Shown here: positions 51,170-63,680 of the stretch, piece after piece
Layout: each line of letters begins with the position of its first letter
Numbering within the stretch: the stretch's first letter is position 1
Assembly (NCBI RefSeq): GCF_001194135.2
Contig: NC_068984.1
Location: 147,566,840-147,630,839 of the forward strand
Direction: 5' to 3'
DNA: 64,000 bases
DNA from: Octopus bimaculoides
Lineage: Eukaryota
Position numbers and translations under genes: made by a program
The notes under the pieces: model-generated
Told to the model about the DNA's origin: nothing
Databases searched by the model: none
The model's input: the letters and a program-made list of their open reading frames with translations, nothing else

Positions 51170-51354
51170 AAAACGATGGAATGTCAAGAATGGTAGTTTG
51201 GGATAAAATCTTATTTTCATAATTCTTTTAAATTCTGTAAATGTTGACTTTGTTGTCTTTCATCTTTGATTTAAAAAAACCCCCACTGTATTCCCCGCCC
51301 CCTTGTCCCACTATCAAAATATGTGGTCCCTGTATGAATGTATCATCAGGGTGG

Positions 51355-51403
51355 AGAATGGTAGAATGGTAGAATGGTAGAATGGTAGAATGGTAGAATG
51401 GTA
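51355..51403. repeat. 8-bp tandem repeat AGAATGGT, about 6 copies
   Basis: Directly visible. Confidence 0.95.
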
Positions 51404-52384
51404 AGTTCAGTAGAGCACCAAGCTGCCAGGTTGTATATAGTAACAGTTGTTCACAATCTGGGGTCTCTTCCCCCTCAGGTCACTGTTCACTATTTTTAGT
51501 GTTTTAGGGTTACTAAAATATGTAAGGGTCATGCACGAGATTGATATATAACTATTATAGCCCTTCTTCTCACCCAATAAAATGTGTGGTTCTGTACTGT
51601 TCCTGTGAAAGTTGTCGGGGTAGAGTTCTCAGTTGCCTTATCCATATTTTACACTTTTATGCTAGATTCCTAAGTGGGACCAACTCAAACTATGAACCAT
51701 CCAACCATCACATTCTTGTTCTAACCCTAGATCTCCTGCCATTCAGCCTGGTTTGAAGAATTTATCTTGTGATTCTTTCCTGCAAAATATAGGAGCTGTG
51801 ACCTCTCAGTGCAGAGAAATAATGGCTTATCCTGGAGAACACCCTTGATCTCTGAGCTTTATACCCTGTCAAGTAATGCCATTCCAGAGATCCTTCAGAT
51901 GCACCCCATTCTGGTCCCTTGTATTCACAATGATAGGGGAGGAGCAACACGGAAACTAAATTGAAAATAGCAAGTGTGTGACTGTGTTAGAATTTCTTAT
52001 CATGAAGATAGCAATTAATATGGCAAGTACGTTATCAACGTGACAGTGATAAAAAAAAAAAAACCAAAAAATGTCCTTTAACTTCCATCAATAGAATTTG
52101 AGACTAGTTTTAGATCTGGCATCCAACCATTTCTGTCACTACAGCATGATGATGAGGTTGATAATAACGACAATGGATTCAAGTTTTGGCACAAGGCCAG
52201 TAAGTTTGGAGAAGGGGGTGTTGATTACATCGACCCCAGTGATCAACTGGTATTTAATTTATTGACCCTGAAAGGATGAAAGGCAAAGTCAACCTTGGAA
52301 GAATTTGAACTCAGTACATAAAGATGAACAAAATGCTGCAAAGCATTCTGTCTGATGTGCTAACAATTCTGCCATCTTGCCACC

Positions 52385-52427
<43 letters not shown>

Positions 52428-53084
52428 TAGTTGTTGCTGTGTCATTATTAAATCTGCAACAGATGCAGTCTGTTTTAACGAGATAATTTGTTGGCAGCTG
52501 AAAGGATAAAAAAAAATCTGTTAACGAGGAAGGTGAAGGGATATGTGTGAGGTGCAGTTACAGTATATTCCCAACTATTATTTTTGAATTTTTTTTTTTA
52601 AAAGCTCTAACAAGAACAGCATGATGAATAATAAAACTAAGGAGCCAGAAGGGAAAAGATAATAACGATTTCATGCATTAGCACAGCCCCCCCCCCCCTC
52701 TGCTCTAATTGTAACGTTTGACTGTGCAGTTGATTCGGTTGGCTCCAGTACATGATTATTGCTTATTTGTTTACGGACTGGTGTGAGGATGAGCAATGAG
52801 AGAAGTCAACCCCAGCCAGATTTCACCCTGTTAGGTTTCAAATACATGACATAATGCAGTAACAACTATATACATCTTTTATCTTGTTTCAGTCATTAAA
52901 CTGTGGCCATGCTGGGGCATCACCTTGACTTTAATCAAATGAATTTTTTTTCTTTTCTAAAGCCTGGTACATATTCTATCAGTCTTATTTGCCAAACAGT
53001 TAAGGCACGGAGATATATATATATACACATGCATACGATGGGCTTCTTTCAGTTTCCATCTACCAAATCCACTCATAAGGCTTT

Positions 53085-53142
53085 GGTCAACCCAAGGCTT
53101 TGGTCAACCCAAGGCTTTGGTCAACCCAAGGCTATGGTAAAG
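53085..53142. repeat. 17-bp tandem triplication AAGGCTTTGGTCAACCC inside a SINE
   Basis: Directly visible. Confidence 0.9.
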
Positions 53143-54689
53143 ACACTTGCCCAAGGTGCCATGCAACTGGACTGAACCCAGAATCATGTGGTTTGGAAAT
53201 AAGCTTCTTACCACACACAGCCACATTGCTATCATTTCTGCCAGTCTGTCATCTGAATATCAATTAATAACAGCAAAAATTTCTTTTAATTACCACGGGA
53301 ACATTGGAGGATAGGGACCCGTTACCTCATTTCATCAGTTCATACTATTTTATGCTTGATTTTTACTTGAGGGACAGCTTGCACCCTGGGCAAAGCTAAA
53401 ACTTCGGAAAGGGAAAAGATTTTGTATCAAGATTTCACTCCATGGTTTGGGCGCAAGTCATCTTTACCATTTAATGTGCATTTTCCATGCTGGCATGGAG
53501 TGGGTGGTTTGACTGGAGCTGGTAAGGCCAGGGGCCACATCAAGCTCCATTCTCTGTTCTGACATGGTTTCTATGGGTGGATTCCCTTCTTAATGCCAAC
53601 CACTTGTTTGCCTTCTTTTCTATTCTCATGGCTTTCCTTTCCCATCTAATGTTGGTACTCTGCAGGGGTGGGAGGTAAAGTCTATCCTGACAGGGATTTG
53701 AACTCAGAATTTTAATGTTGAAACTCAAAAGTAAATAAATCCTCCAGAACATATTTTTCTGTTCTTCTGTTAAAACAAACAACTTTCTCTTCACACTACC
53801 ATCTCCTCCTTCAGACAGAGGCCTGCGCTAATATATGCATGAATTTTCCCACCACTTTACAAGTTTTCTGAGTTTCCAACTTCCCTAACTTACAAAGGGA
53901 AGAAGGATCCCTACCCCTACTTTTTTTATTTTTTCATAATGTATAAACTGTCTATGCCGCATGTGGGTTTACAATAGTACATAAGTGTGTGTGTGTGTGT
54001 GGTGCATAGGTATGAGAGTTTACAATAGTGAGTGTGAAGAACCAGTAATCTCTACCCTCATCTTTCACACACACACACACTCTGCCCTTGATTTCTTCCT
54101 ATGACTATTACTGTTGTTATATCATTAGACAGCCAGAGGACCATCTGTAGAGAAGTGTTTTCTTGCTCATAAGCTGCAAAGATGGGAGGAATGCCTTTTT
54201 TTTTTTTTTTCCCCCCCTTTTTCTCCTCTTTGCCTGTTTACATGTGTGTGTGTAAGTTCCCCATCCCCATTACAACATGCTTCTCTCTCTCTCCTCACTT
54301 AGCTATAGCAGAGGAGGGCAAGCATCTCAAATAGCAGTGCCCAAATAAGTTCCTCTAAACCCCATCATTTAACAAGAACAAGATACTCCAACTACAGCGT
54401 TTGGTGCACACCTCACAACAAATCACAACAAATCAGATGCAATAAAAAAGCTTCTCAGGTTCTTCTAATTTTATTATTGTTATTAAAACGGCAAAACCTG
54501 GCAAAATGTTTAGGGGTATTTCGTCCCTCTTTATGTTTTGAGTTCAAATTATGCTGTGGTTCACTTTGCCTTTCATCCTCTCAGGGTTGGTAAAATAGAT
54601 TCCAGTTGCATACTGGGCTTGATGTAATTAACTTACTTGCTCCCCCCCCTCCAAAAAAAATTACTGGCCTTGTGCCAAAATTTGAAACC

Positions 54690-57230
54690 ATTATTATTTT
54701 ATTATTGTGATTTGTCTCAGGTTCAGTCTTATTCCTTGTAGGATTTACATGGGTGGCGGGTTACTATCTGTAACCTTGGGTACCCACAAGTTTTCAGCAG
54801 TCTTTCAAGTGCTTAGAACCTTCCCGATAATCCTTGCTATCTCTAAGAGATAAACTTCTTGTAAGAGCTCTACCAGGCAGTCTATTTCAGTCTCCTTCAG
54901 TCGTTTGTCTATATCTTGGTATACTGTTCCCAATGCACCAATTATTATAGGTACAACCTTTACTGTTCACAATGCTCTAAATTTTAAGGGATTGTATTTT
55001 TTTGTTTTTCTTCCTCTTTCTTTGTGGTCCTGGAATCAAACAGGTATGATGGGTTGATAAGTAAATAACTTTGCTTTTCCTTATCTATAATTGTTAAGTC
55101 TAGTCTATTATTTTCTAACTTCTTGTCCGTTTTAATAGGAAAGTCCCACAAAATCTTACATTTCTCCTACTCTAGTACTCTTGCAACTCATGTGTTTCCA
55201 GCTTTAAATCTCCAATTTTGGTACAGTTTCCTGCGTAAAACTTTTACAACCTGGTCATGCCTCCATTCCTTATATTCTTCCTATGCCCACTTGGAGCATT
55301 CTGTCACAAAGTGTGCCACTGTCTCGTTCCAAGTTCCACGGGCTCTACATTTTTCTGGCACGTTCTCTCCATGTATATTTTTTCTCAAGTTGTTTGTTTT
55401 TATCGCTTGATCTTGGGATGCTATGATTAGGCTCCCTGTTTCTTTTTTTAACCAAGCTCAGGATTTTGTTCCACATACATCTTCAGTGACTCTCCAAAAT
55501 TGGCCATGAAGAGGTTTCTGTCTGATGTGCTCTCTTTGTATTTCGCTCTTGTCCTTTTCTCCTATTACATGCGTCAATTGTCTGTATTTAGTTTTTCTCT
55601 GCTGCTCTGTAAATACTCTACTAGACTTTCTCTTTCCATCTGCCCACATTCTTCTACTTCTATTAAGCCCCTTCCACCCTGGTCTCTCCTCAAGTACAGC
55701 CGGTTGATATCAGCTTTTGGATAGTGGGTTCCATACATCAACAACTTTCTAGTTTTTCTGTCAAGTTTCTTTATATCATTTCTGGTCCAGTCTATAATTC
55801 CAACTCTATATCTGATTAAAGGTATTGCTTCAATAAGATTTTTGGAATTCAGTTTGGACTGCAATAATTTTCTTACTCTCCTTGTGAACTCCCTACTGGT
55901 AATTTCATCATTTTTTATCTCGTCTGCTTCCAGTATTCCCAAGTATTTATACCACTGTCCTTTCTCAATTGCCCTCATTATTTTGCCATTTGGCATTTCA
56001 CTTTCTTGATTTCTTTCAAATCTTCCTTGTTTCATTTTCAATATAATGCATTTTTCTATCCCAAATTCCATAACTACGTCATTTGAGAAAATGCGGATAG
56101 TATGTAGAAGACTTTCAAGTTGTTTCTCATTTTCCACATAAATCTTTATATCATCCATGAAAAGGAGAGGATTATTTATCTGACCATTTCCTTTTCCCAA
56201 ATTGTAAGCTATTTTGACTTTACGTAGTATCGTAGTGAGCAGTGTCAGGGCCAATATGAATAGTAATGGAGATAAGCTATCACCTTAGAATATTCCCCAT
56301 CTAATGTTCACTTTTCCGAATTTTTGTTTCCCTCCGATTAATTCATTATTCCAATGTTTCATACTTTCATTAAGCATTTTCTCCATGTTTTTTGTTATTC
56401 CAAACATGCTCATTGTTTTACTTATCCAACTGCATGGTACCATGTCATTTGCCTTATTGTAATCTAGCCATGCTATATTCAGTCCTTTCAATCTGTGTAT
56501 CATCAATTTCTAATTATCATTTTATCAACCGATGAGTGATTTTTTTGTTGCCCTACTTTGTTTCTTGCATCCTTTCTGTTCTTCTGTTACTTTCCAGATG
56601 GTTGTATAAATCTGCCGATACACCGGTCATAAGCTTCCATGTTCTCTTTCAAGGGATTGTTGAAGCATAGCAGCGTTCGCTTGTCATCCAGGCAGGGACA
56701 TGACCTTCCTGCAGGCAGTCATCCAGCGATCCTTTCATGCAACTCTGTCAAGTTCTTCAGCTAAGAGGCTTGCACTCCATTCGGGCATTGTCCTTTCCAA
56801 TTTGCTATTTTTTAAAAACTTCTCTCTCACTGTATAGAGATTAATTCTGACGTCTCTTTGTCTTGGTACAGTTGCAAGTTTTCTTCCCACCTTTGTTCGC
56901 TGTTCTGTGCTTTCTATATGTCTCATCGGCCTGTTCCACAGCCTTCTCCAAAAATTCTTTACTTTCTTCCGCATCTGGAATCAGTTCCTGGTGTTGGCCT
57001 CCCTCTTTCTCCCTCAAATAGACACCTTCTATTTGATTGGAACAGTCTATTCTGTTCCCAGCCTTTGCATCTTGCATCATATATTTTCAATTTGGCCTTT
57101 TATGCTGGTCCCTTTACGTCAGTTCTTTCTGTACTGTTTGTTTTTCCTCATTCATTAATCAACTTATCCCCTCCCCTGAAATTGCTGGCTTTGTGCTAAA
57201 ATTTGAAATCATCATCGTCGTCATTATTAA
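54690..57230 (-). mobile_element. Decayed R4/Dong-like non-LTR retrotransposon (RT plus C-terminal restriction-like endonuclease region)
   Basis: Minus-strand motifs AWLDYNKANDMVP, LLFMDDIKIY, YKYLGILE, KPLHGQF and VPIIIGALGTV...ARIIGKVL; AAT-rich tail near 54690-54715; many stops and frameshifts. Confidence 0.85.
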
Positions 57231-57276
57231 GGCAGCAGACTGCCTAACATTTCTTTCAGCTGGTTATGACTGGAAT

Positions 57277-58069
57277 NNNNNNNNNNNNNNNNNNNNNNNN
57301 NNNNNNNNNNNNNNNNNNNNNNNNNNNNNNNNNNNNNNNNNNNNNNNNNNNNNNNNNNNNNNNNNNNNNNNNNNNNNNNNNNNNNNNNNNNNNNNNNNNN
57401 NNNNNNNNNNNNNNNNNNNNNNNNNNNNNNNNNNNNNNNNNNNNNNNNNNNNNNNNNNNNNNNNNNNNNNNNNNNNNNNNNNNNNNNNNNNNNNNNNNNN
57501 NNNNNNNNNNNNNNNNNNNNNNNNNNNNNNNNNNNNNNNNNNNNNNNNNNNNNNNNNNNNNNNNNNNNNNNNNNNNNNNNNNNNNNNNNNNNNNNNNNNN
57601 NNNNNNNNNNNNNNNNNNNNNNNNNNNNNNNNNNNNNNNNNNNNNNNNNNNNNNNNNNNNNNNNNNNNNNNNNNNNNNNNNNNNNNNNNNNNNNNNNNNN
57701 NNNNNNNNNNNNNNNNNNNNNNNNNNNNNNNNNNNNNNNNNNNNNNNNNNNNNNNNNNNNNNNNNNNNNNNNNNNNNNNNNNNNNNNNNNNNNNNNNNNN
57801 NNNNNNNNNNNNNNNNNNNNNNNNNNNNNNNNNNNNNNNNNNNNNNNNNNNNNNNNNNNNNNNNNNNNNNNNNNNNNNNNNNNNNNNNNNNNNNNNNNNN
57901 NNNNNNNNNNNNNNNNNNNNNNNNNNNNNNNNNNNNNNNNNNNNNNNNNNNNNNNNNNNNNNNNNNNNNNNNNNNNNNNNNNNNNNNNNNNNNNNNNNNN
58001 NNNNNNNNNNNNNNNNNNNNNNNNNNNNNNNNNNNNNNNNNNNNNNNNNNNNNNNNNNNGGGGGGGAGC
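57277..58069. other. Assembly gap (other large gaps at 6244-6812, 13006-13754, 17738-18002, 20116-20460, 23229-23965)
   Basis: Runs of N. Confidence 1.
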
Positions 58070-58074
58070 ATGTA

Positions 58075-59900
58075 TAGGACTGTGAGAATTGAAAATGGCA
58101 ATGTTCTGTCATAATGGAATCTGTTTTCTGAGCATCTGTGGTGTTTATTGTCCCTGTGCATCTGCCGCACATGAAAGCTATCCTCCCTGTTAGCCTTCCT
58201 TTGATGTTGCTGCACCTCTCATGTGTCCATAGCTTACACTGGGTACATCGTATGGAGTTTCTACCTGAAGGGGTTTGTGATGTGTTCACCTTCCTACTAA
58301 CTAGGACTTTGCTCTTTGCAACATTGACTCTAAGGCCGTTCAACTGAAAACCTTGCTTCCACACCTGAAATTTCTTCTCTAGTTCTGGTCGTGATTCTGC
58401 TGAGATCCAGGTCATCAGCACAGAGGAGCTCCCAGGTGCAACCTGTCTTGAATTCCTCTGTTATTGCCTGGAGGACTATGATGAATAAGAGGGGGCTGGG
58501 GGCTGATCCTTAGTGGACGCCTACCTCTACCCGGAATTCCTCACTATACTCATTGCCAATCCTAACCTTACTAATGGCATCTCTGTACAGCCCTTATTAA
58601 ACATTCGTCAATCCATAGTTTCCGCATCGCCCACCAGATAAGGGATCGGGGGACCCTGTCAAAGGCTTTCTCCAAGTCCACAAAAGCCAGGTATAGGGGT
58701 TTATCTTTGCCTAGGTATTTCTCCTGCAGTTGCCATATCAATGGTGCTTCTACCTGGCACAAAACCGAACTGCATCTCATCTAAGCAGACTCTCTCCCTA
58801 ATTAGTTGGGCTATGATCTTCTCCATGACTTTCATCACCTGATCCAGCAGTTTGATACTCCTGTAGTTATTTCTATCGAAAGCATCACCTTTACTCTTGT
58901 AGCAGTTGACTATGGTGCTGCTAAACTACCTGGTTTACAATATGGGTGACTAGGCCATAACCCACACCACCAGATATTTTAAGCATCTTAGCAGTGATTC
59001 CTACTGGGCCAGAGGCTTTTCCTGACTTCATACCCTTAATTGCTTTATCTACCAGGGAGATGTCTATTCGGATACCTGGTCCCTCTACTGGGTCAACATT
59101 TGGTAGGCTCTCTTCTTCCCATTCATTCTCCATGTTCAGCAGTCTTTCATAATGGCTCATCCAAGCCTCTTTCTTTTCAGAATCATTAAAAGCAAGTGCA
59201 CCATCATCCACCCGGGCACATTTCTCTCCTGTGACATCACAATTTTCTCTCACACACAATCTTGCAATCCGAAATACTTCAGTTCTTTGGTCCTAACATT
59301 GCTGAACATTGGCAAACTTCTTTTCTGCTTCTCCCATGGCTATGTATACCTGTCGCCCAGTCTCCCTTCTGGCTATCTGGTACAGTTCCCTGCTACCCCA
59401 ACTCTTCCAGGCTTTCCAGGCCTGTTTCTTTGCTCTAATGGTTTTCTCTACCATCTTATTCCACCACCATGTTACTCTAGGTCTGGAAGGGACTTTGAAC
59501 CATCTGCAGATTTGGTCTGTGGCACTCAGCAAGCTGTCCCGTAGGAATTTCCAGCTACCCTCTGTGTCTGAAGTCTGTAGCTCCTCCTCCCTCTCATCAA
59601 TTTCTTGATGAGGATGTCCCTAAATCTCTGACCATGTGAAGGGTTCTTTAGCTTCCAAATCCTTCTTTTCTGGATTGGTCTGCTTTTTGGCATCCTTCTG
59701 GCCTCAAGTCTAAAGTCACTAATGACTAGCCTATGCTGGGGTTACATTCTTCACCAAGGAGGGTCTTTGCATTTAAGAGCAACCATGCGTCCTGCTGTCT
59801 GGTGAGGATGAAATCAATCTGGCTAGCAGAGTCACCTGATTGGTAGGTTAATCAGGTGGCTGTTTGGTTACCTGAAGTTAGTGTTGCAGATTAAAAGGTT
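58075..59900 (-). mobile_element. Decayed RTE-clade LINE (RT region plus Cys-rich segment)
   Basis: Minus-strand YLAFVDLEKAFDRVPRSLIWWAMRK, VGVH.GSALSPLLFIIV-like and CADDL motifs, GLRVNVAKSKVL, and CTQCKLWTHERC...CGRC. Confidence 0.88.
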
Positions 59901-59931
59901 ACATGCATCACAGAATTCCAGTAGAACAGAT

Positions 59932-60460
59932 TATTATTATTATTATTGTTCAAGCAAATTTCTTCTGCATTGTCTGCCCACAGCTCTGTGTTGGTGGGGT
60001 GTGTGCAGCATTGTGTCCTTTTTTTATTGTTGGGCAAGTGCAAACTTTTTCCGGTATTGTTTTGCATCAGTTTCTTTTGTTAGGGGACCTGGTTGCAGTC
60101 TTTTCTTGTATTAGTGTTTATATTGCGTTGTGTGTGCAATGTGTAGGGTATCTAGCCTGTAGGTGGTAGTTTATTTTATTGGATATTTGCTATATAGAGT
60201 GTCTTGTGTTTGTGGATTCTTTTTGTTTGGATTGTATTATTAAATTGATAGTGTCTTGTGTAGGCTGTGGGCTGTTCCTAGCAGGGATATGTTTTAGATA
60301 GTGTGTAGTGTTGAGGGTCCAGGTATCACTTCTACATTTTTGTTCATATGTTTTTTATCCTGCCCAATTATTACAGGTATTGTTTTCACCTTCATGCCCC
60401 ACACCTTGAATACTTCGATTTTGAGGTCTTTGTACTTTGACAAAAACAACTTCTCCACTT
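59932..60460 (-). mobile_element. 3' fragment of a second R4/Dong-like LINE
   Basis: Minus-strand KYKDLKIEVFKVWGMKVKTIPVIIG...LLGTAHSLHKTLSI*, followed by a 3' UTR and a (TAA)n tail at about 59932-59947. Confidence 0.8.
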
Positions 60461-60579
60461 CTTTTTGGGCAATATTATTTTGCAGGCAGTGGGTTACTAC
60501 ATGTAACCTTAGGTATCCTCAAGTTTTCAGTTGTGTTTCAAGTGCTTAGAACCTTGTTTTTCATCCTTTTGGATGAATA

Positions 60580-60955
60580 GTTATGATGGGATTTTGTTCC
60601 ACCAGGGTTTGCAGGATGTCCTCGTCAAGCTCTACAGATCTTCCAGGATGAGGCTCATCTTCTAGGCTGTAGTTTCCGGCTCAGAATTTCTGGAACCACC
60701 GTAGACACTGGCTTACACTTATTGTCTGATCCCCATATACTGCATTAATATTCCTCGCACTTTCCGTTGCATTGTTGAGTTTATTGAACTCACAAAGCAA
60801 AATATGCTCCTTTGTCACTTCTATTATAACTTTGAAAAAAATAACTGTTAAAATCGAACTGTACTCTTCAGTACTTGCACTAGGAATAAGAACAAGGTAA
60901 TTACTTCCTGCAATTGAAAAAAACGCATTATTTAAGGGATGGCCCAATAATTTTC
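60580..60955 (-). mobile_element. Mariner transposase N-terminal (HTH) remnant
   Basis: Minus-strand EVTKEHILLCEFNKLNNATESARNINAVYGDQTISVSQCLRWFQKF, then R.GNYSLEDEPHPGRSVELDEDIL; typical mariner HTH pattern. Confidence 0.85.
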
Positions 60956-61289
60956 TTTATTGAAAGATTTTCTAGGAATATGTCATGGTAGATATGGCAG
61001 AATTAGAAGAGCGAGCGTGATAATTAGTTTAGGTGTTGAATTCAAATTTCAACTTTGGTTTATAATTCCAGATTTTACAAAAGACAAATGCTTGTATCCT
61101 TTGTGTTCCTACTCCATGCCTCCTAGGCTTGTTACTGTCTGGACTGGCACTGGGTGAAGGCTGCAATATATTTTTCAAATAGATTCTTCTACCTAGGGCT
61201 CAAATATATTCATAGTTAACCTATGTGATGGACGATGCCGTTTGTTAATTTTTTTAAAAAACTATTTTCATATTGAAAGAAACCTCTCC

Positions 61290-61570
61290 CTGCCAAGCTG
61301 TTACTCTCCACAACTCATATGTTATGGACATGGGAATAGAATGCTGAAGGAAATAATTGCAAGACTGATTGTTCAAGCTGAACCAACCAGGTGAAGACCT
61401 TGGGGTAAATCAAGAATGAGATGGTTGGATCCTTACTCTCAATTGGCCACTCTTGGGAATCCAGCTTGAAAGTGTAACAAGAATTGCTTTTGATAGGAAC
61501 CTGTGCAGGAGGTACTTGAGGACTCTACTGCCACAACCCTCTTATGAACGGGATGCAAAAAATGGATGGA
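61290..61570 (+). mobile_element. Old RTE-like LINE 3' end
   Basis: Degenerate LGIQLESVTRIAFDRNL..RYLRTLLPQPS terminal motif. Confidence 0.5.
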
Positions 61571-61740
61571 TACCAATAATCTACAGGCATACTTTCTCTA
61601 TAAATTTCTAGCTTTATGGCCATATGAGAAATTATTATAGAAAATGGAAGAATTAGTAGAAACCGAAGCGCTTTACATAAAAGAATCTGCTGTTTTTCGT
61701 CTCCTCAATGTCATGTCAACCTTTCTCTGCTCCCCAGCAT

Positions 61741-61779
<39 letters not shown>

Positions 61780-61803
61780 ATTTTAACTTTGCTTCTCTTT
61801 TAG

Positions 61804-61982
61804 GTCTAAAGAAAGTTTCTGATGACCAGAAGACCCACAAAAACCCAACCTTACGAAAGGATGGAGCATGCCCTGTGAAATCACCTGCCAACGCCAGCTC
61901 TAAGAAAACTCCTTCCTATGGTGGCAATGCTCCAGTGACAAATGTTCCTCTCATAGAACTGCAGGACAAGAAATGGATCATC
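61804..61982 (+). CDS. CAP1: CAP exon (WH2 C-terminal half, P2 linker, start of CARP): (G)LKKVSDDQKTHKNPTLRK...PLIELQDKKWII
   Basis: Contains LKKV...KTHKNP and EL..KKW motifs; TTTTAG acceptor and ATC|GTAAGT donor; phase 1 to 0. Confidence 0.97.
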
Positions 61983-62714
61983 GTAAGTAAACACACTTGG
62001 CTTGACTTTTTTTTTTACTTTGTTTCTAACCCTGATGTGTTGGGTGGAGAGGCAAAAGTGGATTGATGGTCAGACAAGAAGTCCAACTCCCAACAGTGGT
62101 CCTCTCATGCATTTTTCACCCAAACATAAAAGTCCACCACATATTAGAGAATAGTGTTGCTCATTGTTGTTAGTGATGAGTGATTCATTAGCTTCAGTTC
62201 TTCCTTGCATTAGAAAAGCTATTTACAATGTGACCTATCCAGGAGGAAATCTATCTCTCTTCTAATGAACATTATGGAAATAAAAGTTCTGGCCACACGA
62301 AACCTTGTGATTTGCAAAAAGGAAAGAATTTCCTTCCTTTCTTCCTTTAGTTGATCTAACCCTTTAAATTACTTTCATCCAGCTTCTTATGCTGGTGTGC
62401 GTTGCTTAAAACTTCTTCAAACCCTTTTTCTAACCAGATTCCTTTCCTTTCTTGTTTAAAGAATTTATTCCATGTCTTTGCATTTTGAACTGGTATTGAA
62501 TGTTTTGCTTGAGAGACATGACGACCATCATCACTGAAGCAGTGGCAACACACACACACACACACACAGGCTTCTATACAGTTTCTATCTACCAATTTCA
62601 TCCACAAGACATGTTGGTCAACCCATACATGAGTGAGAGAGAGAGATATATATATATTTATATAGGTTCGCCACTGATTCTCTTTCCTGGTAATTCCTTT
62701 TTCTTACCTTCCAG

Positions 62715-62838
62715 GAATATCAAAACAACAACCAAAACATCCAGTTGACAGACACTAGCATGAAGCAAACTGTTTACATCTACAAGTGTCGGAATTCAGT
62801 TGTCAAAGTAACTGGCAAAGTTAATTCTATTGTTGTAG
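62715..62838 (+). CDS. CAP1: CAP exon (CARP beta-helix): EYQNNNQNIQLTDTSMKQTVYIYKCRNSVVKVTGKVNSIVV
   Basis: Contains KQ.VYIYKC....V.GK.NSI; TTCCAG acceptor and G|GTAAGT donor. The gene continues past the window end. Confidence 0.97.
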
Positions 62839-63299
62839 GTAAGTGCATCATTTTCATATCTTCTGTTTCATGTTTGCATTAATTCAAAAAGCCATCGAAT
62901 CTTCCTGTTGCCAATCCTCACCACTTTCCAAGTAAGGTACTCGTTTTCATCTTTTATTTGTTTCAGTCGTTAGAGGTCATGCTGGGGCACCACCTTGAAG
63001 AATTTTAATTAAACAAATCAACTCAAATACTTTTTTTTTTTTAAGCCTAGTACTTATTTTATAGACAACACACACAGAGGCTTCTTTCAGTTTTCATCTA
63101 CCAAACCCACTCACAAGGCTTTGTTCAGCCCAAGGCTATAGTAGAAGACACTCGTCCAAGGTACCATGCACTGGGATTGAACCTAGGGAAGCAAACTTCC
63201 TACCATGCAAGCCACACCTGAGCCAATTTTACTATAACCAACAGTCCTGCCTGTTGCCTCTCCTCTTTCAACGCAAATTCATCTGACTGCAGTTAATTT

Positions 63300-63680
63300 G
63301 TTGGCCTCTCTCCTCAGCTACTAACTTAGACTGAGATTCTTCCATGCTGCAAACTCTTTCCTGTTTGGTCAATTTACTGCAATCCTTCCCGTTCCTATCC
63401 AACTTTGAATATCTGGCATCAGGTGTTCTTCGCCTGGCCCTCTTTCCATTCTGTGAGTGCCTCCATCATTTCATGCCAAGTAGCTGGCAGGTGCAGAATG
63501 ATTTGTTGGTTATTGAACAGATATAGTGCTGTAGATGAAGGAAAGTTGAGTACCAATGTCCAAGTTCTGTTGTACTACAGTGAACCCCATGCCAGACTCT
63601 GCCCCCACACTTTCCAGGAGATCATCATCATTGTATCTTCCGACATTTCCGTTATGTGCAGTTAACAATGTGTGGAAAGG
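63300..63680 (-). mobile_element. Old RTE-like LINE 3' fragment
   Basis: Degenerate minus-strand YLGH...GKR..GRPR-like C-terminal motifs with frameshifts. Confidence 0.45.

Noticed and set aside
51350-51401. AG|GGTGGA...ATG|GTAAGT segment with a strong donor as the missing exon
   Set aside because: There is an in-frame TAG after four codons, and the body is an 8-bp tandem repeat.
6141-58421. Long ORF-track entries that span N runs or dinucleotide microsatellites
   Set aside because: They stay open only because of Ns or simple repeats (X, YI, HT, CV, SL runs).
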